This document shows positions 40,308 to 50,643 of a stretch of 64,000 bases of DNA, piece by piece. Each line of letters opens with the position of its first letter. Within the stretch, counting starts at the first letter, position 1. The notes under the pieces were generated by a model that saw only the letters and a list, made by a program, of their open reading frames with translations, had not been told where the DNA came from and did no database searches. Origin of the DNA: Pelagomonas calceolata (Eukaryota); assembly GCA_918797485.1 (NCBI GenBank), contig CAKKNE010000005.1:3286001-3350000 (forward strand), in the 5' to 3' direction. The translations under genes were made by a program, and so were the position numbers.

Positions 40308-43300
40308 ATGAAGTTGGGCAGCGTATTGCCGGCGGGAAATGGAGTGTTTGCCTATGATTGCTTCGACTCCACGCGAGCGTGCACCTACGACCAGCTGCGG
40401 ACCCTCCTCAACGACGACCTGGGCGGCGCAGACGCGTCGACGCGGGTGGCGATCGCGATGCGGAACGGCGCCGACCTCGCGCTCGCGCTACTCCGAGTGA
40501 TGCATTGGGCGATCGCGGTGCCGCTCTGCCCGAACAGCTCGCCGGCGGAGCTGCGCGCGGCCATGGAGGGCTGCGCATACTGCATCGTCGACGCAACGGA
40601 CGGTCCCCCCACGGCGGCGGCGGCCGCCGCCGCCGCGGCCGGCGCTTCTGTCGTCGTCGCGGAGCCCAAATCCGGCGAGGCAGGCGCAGTTTTCCAAATC
40701 GCGGCGGAGGCGGTCCGGCGGCCTCCGATGCGGGCCTTCTCGCTCCGGCGCATGTTCTCGTCAAGTCGTATGCTCTCGGCGAAGTCCATGTCGGCGCTGC
40801 CGCCCTGTCTTGTTTTGCGGACGTCGGGCACGACGGGCCAGCCGAAGCTCGTTTATAAAACGCAGCAGCAATTGTCAAGAGGCGGCGCCATCATCGCGAA
40901 AACATTAATGCTGGAACCCTCGGACTGCTGCCTCAACTTCATGCCTTTGCACCACATCGGCGGCATCGTGGCGAACATCTACGCGCCGCTCGCGTCGGGC
41001 TCGGGCGCGGTCTACATCGCCAAGTTTTCGGCGGCGCTGGTCCTGAACCTTGATAACTTGGTACCGAAGGTCACCTGGATCTACTGCGTCCCCAGTCACC
41101 TCCAGGCCATACTGAGTGCGCGGACGCCCGATAGCAAACCCCCGAGTTGCGTCCGCCTCTACCGCAGCGGCGCGGCCGCGCTGCCCGTGGCCGTCGCCGA
41201 GGAGCTCAAGGCCTGGTCCGGGGCGACCGTGCTGCCCACGTATAGCATGTCCGAATGTATGCCAATTGCCTCACCGGACCGCTCGTACGATTTAGGAAGG
41301 CCCTACAGCGTCGGTCCCGCCGTGGGGCCGGACCTCATGATTTCGGAAAAGGGCGAGGTCCTCATCCGCGGGCCGATGGTGTCGACCGACAATCCTGAAG
41401 AGTGGTTCGCGACCGGCGATTTGGGTTCCATCGACGCGGACGGCTGGCTCACGCTCACGGGCCGGTCGAAGGAGATCATCAACCGGGGCGGCGAGGTGGT
41501 AGGTCCCTTAGAAGTCGAGGACGCGTGCCTGCGCCACCCCGCCGTCGCCGAGTGCGTGTGTTTTGCGGTGCCGCACGAAGCACTGGGCGAGGCGCTCGGG
41601 TTGTGCATCGTGCCACACTCCAACATTGTGGCGCCGTCGCTCGACGAGCTCCGCCAGTTCCTGGAGCCCTACCTCACGGCCGCCAAGCGGCCGCAGCACG
41701 TCTGGTACATGACGTCACTAATCAAGGGCCCCACGGGCAAGCCGCTCCGCGTCGGTTTAGCGGATAAGCTGGGCATCGCGAAGCAGGGCGGCGAAACGGG
41801 CGGCGGCATCGCGGCGTCGGCATCGTCAGTAGATGCCGTCATCGAGGCGGTGCGGCGCGTCACGGGCATCAAGGCGACCAGCGGCGCCGCGCGCGTCTCG
41901 GACCTCGGCATGGACTCGCTGAGCTTGATGCGCCTCTCGCACGCCCTGCGCGGGCTCGGCGGGTCGTCGGAGGTGGACAAATTACTATTAGCGGACGCGA
42001 CGATCGACACGCTCGCCCTGGCCGTCGCGCGCCCCGCGGCCGCGGCGGCGGAGAAGACGATCGACCTGGATCCGGTCTTCGGCCTCCGCTCCTTGTTTTG
42101 CCTCTTCGTGGTGCGAGCGCACTTCGCGCGCCACTTCGCGGCGCTCTGCGACACGTGGTGGTTCGACATCCACCACGCCTGGCACACGTCCGTCTTCTTC
42201 ATCATCAGCGGCGCGCAGATGTTCATGACCTACTCCGAGCGGCCGGTGCCGACGAAGACGCTCCTGAAGAACTTTTACGTCGCGACGCTGCCGCTCTACT
42301 ACTTCACGATGGCCGTGGGCGCGGCGGTGTCGTGCCCCCTGGTCGGGCCCGCCTCCTACCTCCTCGCGGCGCCGGTGGCTCTCAGCCCCTGGTGGTCCGG
42401 GAGCGCGCTGGCCCCCGCGTGGTACCACATGTGCCAATTCTGGAACGTCCTCTTCTTCAACCACATAAGGTGGCGTATCCGCTGGGAGCGGTTGTGTGCG
42501 TGCTGCGGCGGGGTGCCTGTCGGCTTCTCCGGCGGGTGGTGTTGCTGTTGTGTGGAACCGGAACCGGGATGCGCCATCGGCTGGTCCAGGCCGATCCCCG
42601 ACGAGCCCGACGTCGCATACCCAAAATGTTGCGCCTGCAAGACGGCCGTCAAGAAGCCCATACCCCCTCCCAAAAGCCTCGGCGAGTTCGGACGGAGGCT
42701 GGTGGCCCCGGGCCTCCTCGCGGCGTTCCTCAACTGGTTCTGGCACCCCATCCCGCCCTTTCGGATGGCGCAGTTCGCGCTCGGTATGGTCATCGGCCAG
42801 GGATGTCTGTCGGTCGAGTTGAACGCGGCCGAGCGCAAAAAGGTGGGCCGGGGCACGGACGCCATCTTTTTCATTTTCATGGTCCCTGAACTGTGTGAAA
42901 ATCAAACAGTGAGTTGGCTGCACGATTCTGCGCGAAGGCGCCATATGAAATTTTGATTTATGCACAGGTCCTGAAGTTCTCGCCCCACGAAATCGTTGCG
43001 TGGGTCCAGTACGGGATCCACTCCGTGCCCGAGGCGCTCCTCGTGTTCGGGCTCTGCCGCGCGCCGTCGGAATCGTGGACGGCGCGGCTGCTGACGCACC
43101 CGCTATTTTTAGGGTTCGTGCCGTACACGTTCGCGGCCTACATCATCCACTTCCCGGTTCTATTGTTCGCGCAGTTCGTGCGGATCGAGGGGATTACCTC
43201 GCTCAAAGAGCTGATGCGCCACGTGTATCGCCACGATAACTGCTACGAGAGCGACTGGATCAACCGGGCGCGCGGCGATCACGAAACCGAAGACGATGAG

Positions 43301-43692
43301 GCCGCGGCCTGTGTGGAAATCAACCAGTGCGTCGGGTGCAGCAGGAGTCGCGTCGATGGCGTGGAGGACGACGCGACGATTCAGCACGAACGCGCCGTAA
43401 GATTTTGATTTCCACACAGGCCGCGGCGATCTATGCTGCGCTCGACGACGACCCCGCCGCCGGGGAGCACTGCTTCCTGCCCTGGGAGAGCCACACGACG
43501 CTGACGTGCGTCGTCATCGTCGCGGCGATCCTCATGCAGCACTTGATTCACGAGCCGGGCGTGCGCCTCCTGCACCGCGCGTTCGACGCGTATGGTCGTT
43601 ACCGCGACCGGAAACAAGAAGATGGCAAATCTGAAGATGACGATGAAGACGAAAAACCGCCCCAAACGAAAGCAGAGATTGTTGAAGAATAA
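40308..43692 (+). CDS. Adenylation (acyl-CoA-synthetase-like) + carrier (PP-binding) + acyltransferase-3 membrane fusion; exons 40308..42881, 42968..43300, 43420..43692 (alternative ATG 40224)
   Basis: LRTSGTTGQPK, YSMSE, WFATGDLG, GRSKEIINRGGE, KGPTGKP; DLGMDSL; GLRSL...VV.AHF, VFFIISG, R..QFALGM, FAAYIIHFP. Two introner splices restore the frame. Confidence 0.85.
42882..42975 (+). mobile_element. Introner element 5; GT-AG intron 42882..42967
   Basis: TSD GTCCCTGAA (1-nt insertion) vs GTCCTGAA; TIRs CTGTGTGAAAATCAA and TTGATTTATGCACAG; the splice gives FM|VLKFSPH. Confidence 0.88.
43301..43427 (+). mobile_element. Introner element 6; non-canonical GC-AG intron 43301..43419
   Basis: Perfect TSD GCCGCGGC at 43301-43308 and 43420-43427; perfect TIRs CTGTGTGGAAATCAA and TTGATTTCCACACAG; the splice gives DDE|AAAIYAAL. 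Confidence 0.93.
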
Positions 43693-43744
43693 ATTATCTT
43701 GTCTTTTTAAGCCTAGTAGTAAATATGTAGTTTGTCACAGGTAC

Positions 43745-44956
43745 TTATGCCGGCGCGGGTCCGGGCACCGGCGCCTCGGCGGCGTACAGCGGGCTCGGCG
43801 GCGCCGGCGCGGACGCCACGCGCACGTCCACCCGCCACGGCGCCGGCGCGGGGGCCGGGGCGGGCGCGGGCGCCGGGGCATCCGGGGCCGGCGCTTCGAA
43901 AAATGCTCCCGCGTCGTCGTAGAGCCGGACGATGGTCCGTCCCACGTTTTTCCCGCGGAAAATACCAGCAAATGCCTCGCCGAGGTTATGGAACCCGTCG
44001 ACGATCGTGTCGAAGTTCTTGAGACGGCCGCGCTTGTACAGACGGATGATATGACTCGTGCATTCTACGAAGTCGCCCGAGAAGTGGCCCACGAAGAACT
44101 GCCCGTAGTCGTGCAGGCAGTTCTCGTAAATAATTTGTTTCTCCAGCGCCTCGTCGCCGCCCGCCGGGCCGCCGAACGCGTCGTAGCGCGCGATGCGTCC
44201 GGAAGTCAGGATCACGCCGCCGCCTCTCATAATCTTGATCGCAGCGGTCCTCACTCTCCCCGCCGTGTTGTCGAACAAAAAGTCGAGACCGGTTGGTGCC
44301 AGGCGCGCGAGGGCCTCGTCTGCATTTTCCGTCTTGTAGTTGAACGCCTTGACGCCCAATTTCTTCAACAACGTCACCTTGCGCTCCGAGCCGCAGCTCC
44401 CAAGCACCGTCACGCCCTCCATGCGCATCAGCTGGCACGCAGCTAACCCCACACACGACGCCGCCGCCGTCACCAGGGCGACGTGGCCCGCTTGGGGCTT
44501 CACGAGCTTCTCGAGCGCGAGTCGAGCCGTCCGTCCGCCCGACCCGGCCAAGCCCAGATAAAGTTCCGGAGGGACCGTGTTATCGAGCTCCTCCACCAGC
44601 ACTCGCGGCGTGACCTCGACCCAGGTGTAGGTCCGCCAGGGCGCCGTCACCTTTACTTTCATGCCTATTGAGATCCATGGGACATTTGACTGCAGCACCT
44701 CACCAATAACTTTGCCGCGCGGCACCCGCCCCACGTCCCACTCCGGCTCCTTGCCCGTCACGCAGAACACGCGCATGTACGGCTCCAGCCCGATGTACAA
44801 GACCTTCAACAGGATACAATTCGCGGCGAACCGGCACCGCGGCCCGGCGACGTCCGCGCCGCCGTATTCAAAACAATTGTTTTCTAGGATTTCGCTGTTC
44901 CTGACGTGCTTCGTGACGTAGCATTCTGTTGTGGATGTGGGGAAGAAGGAGGCCAT
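43745..44956 (-). CDS. NADP-dependent alkenal/prostaglandin reductase-like (MDR family)
   Basis: VLYIGLEPYMR, LVTAAASCVGLAACQL, GSCGSERKV, AFNYK, GLDFLFDNTAG, GIFRGKNVGRTIV. Confidence 0.85.
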   Translation of the reverse strand: MASFFPTSTTECYVTKHVRNSEILENNCFEYGGADVAGPRCRFAANCILLKVLYIGLEPYMRVFCVTGKEPEWDVGRVPRGKVIGEVLQSNVPWISIGMKVKVTAPWRTYTWVEVTPRVLVEELDNTVPPELYLGLAGSGGRTARLALEKLVKPQAGHVALVTAAASCVGLAACQLMRMEGVTVLGSCGSERKVTLLKKLGVKAFNYKTENADEALARLAPTGLDFLFDNTAGRVRTAAIKIMRGGGVILTSGRIARYDAFGGPAGGDEALEKQIIYENCLHDYGQFFVGHFSGDFVECTSHIIRLYKRGRLKNFDTIVDGFHNLGEAFAGIFRGKNVGRTIVRLYDDAGAFFEAPAPDAPAPAPAPAPAPAPWRVDVRVASAPAPPSPLYAAEAPVPGPAPA

Positions 44957-45494
44957 GGCTTTGGGCAGCCTCTGCCTGGTGTGCAGGAGGCAGGGTTTTG
45001 GCTCAAGGTAACGATGCTGCCGCCGGCAGTCGACGAGGCCGCAGCTTCGAGCGGCTTGAGGAGCTCTGTCTGAAGGCGGCTGGGACTCCACCAGCGACCT
45101 TTTTGGGGCGTGTTTTATGGCTTTGTTGGGCTGCCGGAGTCGAACCCGCGCGAAAAAACAGAGCTGGCCTTTTGGTTCGAGAGGCACCTGCGACTACTGG
45201 TCGGCGACAATGTGAGCCGTCCATTGAGGACAAGGAGGTTTCACCGGCAGGCCTTTTTTATGCAAATTGCACCCCCAGCAGTGGGCATTGCTAGCAAATA
45301 GCAGCGCGCGCTACGTCTCGGCATTTGCACGGACGCCGCATCGACGTCTAGACGGACTGCGAACAGTTCTTGAGCTCTCTGCCGTCGTAGCACGGGCAGC
45401 GAGGGCTTTACGTGGAGCAGCGCTCGCTCGCGGTTTCACCAGCGCTCGCGGCAGCCAGCGCTGACCAGCGCTCGCGGGCAGCTCTGCCGCAGCG

Positions 45495-46800
45495 ATGCCG
45501 CGCCGCGCCGCCGCGCGCGCGCTCGTGGCGCTGGCGCTCGCCGCGGCGCCCGCCGTGTCGGCCGACGGCATGATCAAGAACGCCGAGGCCTACTGGGTCA
45601 TCGATCCTACCGATCAGACGTGCTTGACGGAGCTCGGCACCTTCGGTGCGTGCGACGACGATGCCTTGTACATGTACCTGTCGCGGCCCGTGGGGTTCCT
45701 CGATCGATTACTAAGGGGCACAAAGTCCCGGCGAAGCCTGGCCATGGTCCTCGAGCCCGTGCCCCGTCGTGCTTGCTTGTCCACCAAAAAAGCGCACGGC
45801 CGGACCGTGCTGGGCGGCGGCGACTGCTCCTCTGTAAGCCGAGCCCAGCAGTGGGAGATGCTCCAGTCCAACGCGAAGCGGGCCCAGTCTAGAACTCAAA
45901 ACGAGGACATGGTCGCGGCAGTGGCGTTAACGACGAACAAGCAGCGCGACTGCGTCGTGAGAGACAGCTCGATCTGGTCGAAGGCCGCGCGGATGCAGCG
46001 CGCTCTCTCGGGCGGTTCGTCGCGCGAAACGGCCCCCAAAGGAGCCCTGGCGAACACCGTCTCCGTCCTCAAGTGCGCCCAGCGCGGCCACACGCCGCTC
46101 GAGCTCACGGCCTCGAACGTCGCCACTTCTGGCTTCTTATTTCAAGCAGCCGACGGCGCCGCCTGCTACGACGGGATTCGGTTCCGAGCCTGCTCCGACG
46201 AGGACCGGTCGTTGCGCTGGGGTATTGGTGTGAAATTCGAGCGCGGCCGGCCGAAGACCGCTCTGTACAAGTTCTACAACGCGTCGGACTCGTGCCTCGT
46301 CGAGAAGGGCGACGCTTTGGTGCTTGGCTCGTGCAGCCAGAAGAACGCGCTCGGGTGGGGCGTCACGCGCGGCCGCCTCTGCCGCAACGGCGACTGCGTC
46401 AAGAGCGGGAAATGTCTAGCTAGATCGGCCTTCGACGCCGCGGCGAAGCTCTTCCCCTGCAAGCAGAACGTCTACGAGCACCTGACGCTCACGTTGGATT
46501 CTGATGGTTCTGATGCGTACGTACTCCAGCGTCTCACCTATCAACAAAAGCGAAATGAGGATCCTTACTTGGTCCGTGTTCTTGAACCGAGGCGTAAGAC
46601 CCCTCACACACAAAGATGTAATGAATTTCCAAGTCGCCGATCGCCCTGCCTTGATCTTCTCTCGGAGCTGGTGCCTCGCCTTCGATACGTCACGCTTTGT
46701 TCCCCGCAGGCTCGCGCAGGCGCTCAAGGAGGCCGCGGCGCGCGAGCAGGAGCAGGCGGCCAAGGCCGCGGGCGGCGGCCGCTCGTCGTTCCAGGTGTGA
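45495..46800 (+). CDS. Secreted Cys-rich protein with ricin-B/beta-trefoil-like repeats; probable intron near 46570-46720, 3' end uncertain
   Basis: Signal peptide; repeated 'CL....G.C.....W' units (e.g. CLVEKGDALVLGSCSQKNALGW, DCSSVSRAQQW). Confidence 0.55.
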
Positions 46801-46911
46801 GGACGATGGAGGTGACAGCGTGTCCACGCAAGTGTTTTACGTCGACACGCGCTGGGGTGCTCCTAGATTAAGAAGCTATACGATCTCTCTTAGTCGCTGC
46901 CGTCGCGGCGG

Positions 46912-47418
46912 TCAGACGCGGAGGGCCGCCGGGTCCGGCCCCTGGCGCTCGGCGGGGTAGCCGTCCGCGTCGCTCCCCCACAAGCCGAGCTTCTGGCCGC
47001 GGCGCCACCACCCCGTCGAGCCCTCGTTGTTCGGCGGCCAGGCAGCGGGGACGCCATGTTCGCCCCAGTTCGAGTTCCCCCGCGCGGCGGGCGCGGCGGC
47101 CGGCGGCGCCGGCGTCGGGCCGCTCCGGAAGGGCGAGTGCGAGTGCGCGGCGGGCGACCGCGGCGGCGTGCGCGGCGCACTGGTGAAGCGCAGGCCGTCC
47201 CGCGCACACAACCGGTCGACGGCGCGCGTCCGCGGCGGTTTCGGGCTGCAGCGCGCGCGGCGGCGGGCTTCCATGCGCTCCGCCGCTTCCCGTCGTCGCG
47301 CGTCCTCGGCCTCCTGCAGCGCGTAGCGGTCGACGGCGGGCGGCCGGGCCTTCGGCTTGACGGGCGTCGTGTCGAGGCGCACGTGGACGCTGCCATCGGC
47401 GCGGGTGATGACTTCCAT
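46912..47418 (-). CDS. Hypothetical protein
   Basis: 168-aa ATG ORF filling the gap between neighbouring genes; no recognisable family. Confidence 0.4.
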   Translation of the reverse strand: MEVITRADGSVHVRLDTTPVKPKARPPAVDRYALQEAEDARRREAAERMEARRRARCSPKPPRTRAVDRLCARDGLRFTSAPRTPPRSPAAHSHSPFRSGPTPAPPAAAPAARGNSNWGEHGVPAAWPPNNEGSTGWWRRGQKLGLWGSDADGYPAERQGPDPAALRV

Positions 47419-47836
47419 GCTTGCGCAACGCTGCCCGGAGAGTGTAGTTGTTGCAGCGGTAGCTGCCCTTTGTTGGCGGTGTCACTGGCTGCTGGAGAGC
47501 TTGCAACGCCGCTGCCCAGAAGAAAAAAAAATGCGGCGACGGCTGCCCTTTTGGACGCACGGGCGCTTAGGGGAGCTACTGGCGCGTCTTGGGGCGAGTG
47601 ATGGTGGTTCTTGGTGCAAAAATGCGCTCGTTTAGCCGCCGTGAAGCAGACGCTCTCCGAAGCTGGCGCTGTGCGGGGTGCTGTCCATCGAGCCAGCTCG
47701 AGCTGGCACAGTTGCGGCGCCGCTGAGGCCCGGGCTGCCGTAACGCTCGTCGGGCAGCGTGCACAGGCACCGCGGACGGCGTAGGAAGGCGTTGCGACGA
47801 ACGCCGCGCGCGGCGCCGCCGCCCACAACCATAATA

Positions 47837-49618
47837 ATGGCTTCTCCCCCAAATGGCGCGCCGCGACGCCGCTTCTTCCAGCGCCCCGTGAATGCGAACG
47901 CGCCGCAAGACTACACGCCCTTCGCCGCGCCGCCGCCGCCGCCCGGGTCTGCCCGCCGCAGCTCGGGACGACGCGTCACCGACTTCCTCCCGAACGCCAC
48001 GCCGACGACCACGGACTCGGCCTTCTCGCCGCGCCGAGCGCTGGATTTCCTGCCGACGAGCGCGCCACCACCCCTACCGCCCCCGTCGCCTTTAGAAGCC
48101 GAGAACGCCGAGTTGAGAAGGAGGCTCGCCGAGGCCGAGCGCAGTGCTGTCCAGGATGAGCGTCTACTCAGGCAGCGGGCCTCGGAGGATGCGGAAGCTT
48201 TACAAAATGAGGTGAAGGAGCTTAGGAGGCGCTGCTCTCTAGAAAACGAGGAGCGGCAACGGGCGGCCGACGAGGCCGAAAGATTAAGTAAGGAGCTCAC
48301 CGAACGCGGCGAGGCGACGCTCCAGGAAGTATCAAAACTCAACACGAAGCTGGCGCAGGCCGAGCGGAAGGTGAAGGTGAGGACCGAGAACGAGGACGAC
48401 GACCCGCTCCGGCCCGGGTTCCACCGCCGCGCGTCGGAACGCATCAAGGAGGTGTATCTGAGTGCCATGAACGAGCACTTCGAGCGCGTGGCTTCTGGTG
48501 TTGTGGCTCTACGGAAGAGTTCCGAGCGCGAAGCCGCGGAAGAATCGGTGGAAGGCTACGCGTCGCTCGTGCGAAAGGCGCTCCGCGAACGATCGGCGGC
48601 CGACGCGAATCTCAAAGATGGGTTGGAAGCTTTAAGCCCCTCGCCCAGCTTATCGCCGCGCTTCGACGATTTTGCAAGCCCCTCTTCTGCTGCTAGAGTG
48701 TCCAAACCCACCCTCACGAACGTGTCCACCGACCCTCGAGAAGTGGAAGTGGAGATCACCGTGACCACACCAGATGCGACCGTGGAGTACTGCGTGTCGC
48801 ACGTGAACGCCGCCGGCAGTCCCCGGTCGATCACGATCCCGGCCGAGAACAAGTGGACCCGCGCGGACGAACCTGGGGCGGTGCGGCTGCCTAGATTAGC
48901 TGCTGGCGGAAGACACGTCGTGATCTGTCGAGCCACGGCGCCCGGCCGGCCGACGTCCAAGGTCGCGTCCGAGGCCTTTGACCTCCTACCTCCCAATCTC
49001 GTGCAGCACTCCAGACACCCCCACGAACTGCGCGTGTTGCGACAACCGGGCGGGCAGTGCGAGCTTTGTGGATTGAGCGACGATGCGAGGCCGGGCTACG
49101 GCTGCCCGGAATGTCCGGAGTTTGTTCTGTGCGCGAAATGTGCCCTGCCGCCCGGTTTTTCGCCAGACGTCGAGCAGGCCGAGAAGGACTGCGTCGCCGT
49201 GGATGTGGGGGCGAAGCGCGTGTGGCTGTCGCGGCGCATCGAGTTCAAGGGCAACTACACGCGGATCCTGGACGGCTCGTTCGGCGTCCTCGATCAGCTG
49301 GCCTTGACTTTGAAACAGCATTCCGGCATCCGATTGCGGCTCGAGGGCCACGTCAACTCGAAGTGCGGTCTGGGTTGTGATGGGTCCACCGAGTGCTCGA
49401 ACAACCGGTGTGCCGCACTGTTCAGAGGCAGAGGTGGTTCGGTGGGCTTCTCGCTGGGACGGGCCGACGCCGTCGCCGAGGCGTTACATGAGCGGGGCAT
49501 CGAGGCCTACCGGCTCGAATGTCGAGGATTGGGCGGGTCGAGAGTGGTGGAGGACACGGAAGGGGATTTGAAGCATCGGAACCGACGGGTCGAGGTGCAC
49601 ACGGTGGCGTGGTCCTAG
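47837..49618 (+). CDS. Coiled-coil + Ig/FN3-like + C1/DC1-like Zn finger + OmpA C-terminal-like domain protein
   Basis: HPHEL...CELCG...YGCPECPEFVLCAKC; IEFKGN...LDQLALTL..H..IRLRLEGH, SLGRADAV..AL..RGI, RGLG, RNRRVEV. Confidence 0.75.
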   Translation: MASPPNGAPRRRFFQRPVNANAPQDYTPFAAPPPPPGSARRSSGRRVTDFLPNATPTTTDSAFSPRRALDFLPTSAPPPLPPPSPLEAENAELRRRLAEAERSAVQDERLLRQRASEDAEALQNEVKELRRRCSLENEERQRAADEAERLSKELTERGEATLQEVSKLNTKLAQAERKVKVRTENEDDDPLRPGFHRRASERIKEVYLSAMNEHFERVASGVVALRKSSEREAAEESVEGYASLVRKALRERSAADANLKDGLEALSPSPSLSPRFDDFASPSSAARVSKPTLTNVSTDPREVEVEITVTTPDATVEYCVSHVNAAGSPRSITIPAENKWTRADEPGAVRLPRLAAGGRHVVICRATAPGRPTSKVASEAFDLLPPNLVQHSRHPHELRVLRQPGGQCELCGLSDDARPGYGCPECPEFVLCAKCALPPGFSPDVEQAEKDCVAVDVGAKRVWLSRRIEFKGNYTRILDGSFGVLDQLALTLKQHSGIRLRLEGHVNSKCGLGCDGSTECSNNRCAALFRGRGGSVGFSLGRADAVAEALHERGIEAYRLECRGLGGSRVVEDTEGDLKHRNRRVEVHTVAWS

Positions 49619-49986
49619 GCTGAGGGGGGTAACTGTGGTTTGTTTCTTTTCTCGCTCTCTTTCTCTCTCTGCTTACCGGCGAGCGCTGTATATATTTTTC
49701 GGTGCTAGGACTAGTGAGCGTTGCAGCAAACCCGACTAGTGCCTTACGGGTCGCTAGGCGATTAACAAGCAACAAATAATTATTGCTGGCGTGCCCGCTA
49801 CCCACGGTTTCGCGTTTCTCAGAACGCATAGTTGCAAGCTCTAGCCCTTGGCCAGGCGGCCGCTTCTTTACGCTTCCGCTTGGAGCGCGTAAACAGGCTT
49901 TTCCAGCGCCTTGGGCGCCGCGCGGCTGATCACAGCGCGCCGGCCGCGCGCTACTAAAATAACAGCGCGCTACTTAAATAACAGCC

Positions 49987-50643
49987 ATGGTGAGACCACA
50001 CCTGCGACACGCCGTCGCCGCGCTCCTCGTCGCGTACACCAGCGGCGAGACCGACCGCGTGCTGGTAGACGTCGCCGCGAATAGTAGGAGATGCCTCGGC
50101 GAGGAGTTCCCCGAGGACGCGCTGGGCCGGTGGAAGTTTTCGGTGGCCGGCGTCGTCAAGCACGGCGACCTCAAGCGGAACAGCGAGGCCGCGCAGAAGG
50201 TCCGGGCGACCGTCAAGGACCCCTCCAAGAAGCTGCTCTGGAGCGCCGCGCTGAACGACGACGCGACGAACGCGCCGGCGTTCTCGTTCACGGCGACGAC
50301 GCCCGGCCTGTACCGGGCCTGCGTCGAGAACCGGCACACGAAGCCGCAGCGCGTAGCGATCACGGTCGAGCAGGGCTGGGGCGTGCGCGACTATGCTGCC
50401 GTCGGGGAGGGCGTCTTCGGGCCGGTGGAGAAGCAGCTGGACGACTCCGATCATATGTTAAGAGACATCGCGGCGGAGATGGACGCCGCGTTGAACCGGG
50501 AGGAGCGGCTGCGCGAGGGCGCCGAGAGCGGGCGGGACCGCGTGGAGCTGTTCGGGGTCGTGAGCATGGGCGTGCTCTTCGTGACGGCCCTCTGGCAGGT
50601 TGTGTACCTGAGAAGCTTCTTCCGGTCTAAGAAATTACTCTAA
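49987..50643 (+). CDS. emp24/gp25L/p24 (TMED10-like) cargo receptor
   Basis: Signal peptide, GOLD-domain cysteines (RCLGEE; GLYRACVEN), coiled coil, TM and WQVVYLRSFFRSKKLL tail. Confidence 0.9.
   Translation: MVRPHLRHAVAALLVAYTSGETDRVLVDVAANSRRCLGEEFPEDALGRWKFSVAGVVKHGDLKRNSEAAQKVRATVKDPSKKLLWSAALNDDATNAPAFSFTATTPGLYRACVENRHTKPQRVAITVEQGWGVRDYAAVGEGVFGPVEKQLDDSDHMLRDIAAEMDAALNREERLREGAESGRDRVELFGVVSMGVLFVTALWQVVYLRSFFRSKKLL

Noticed and set aside
38071..44956. TrhO-OMT, A-T-AT3 and reductase genes as a biosynthetic gene cluster
   Set aside because: Adjacency is expected in such a dense genome, and the first gene is better explained by tRNA modification. Co-expression or conserved synteny would be needed.
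46570..46720. Probable intron in the secreted Cys-rich gene as an introner
   Set aside because: No TIR or TSD, and the exact donor and acceptor cannot be fixed from sequence alone.
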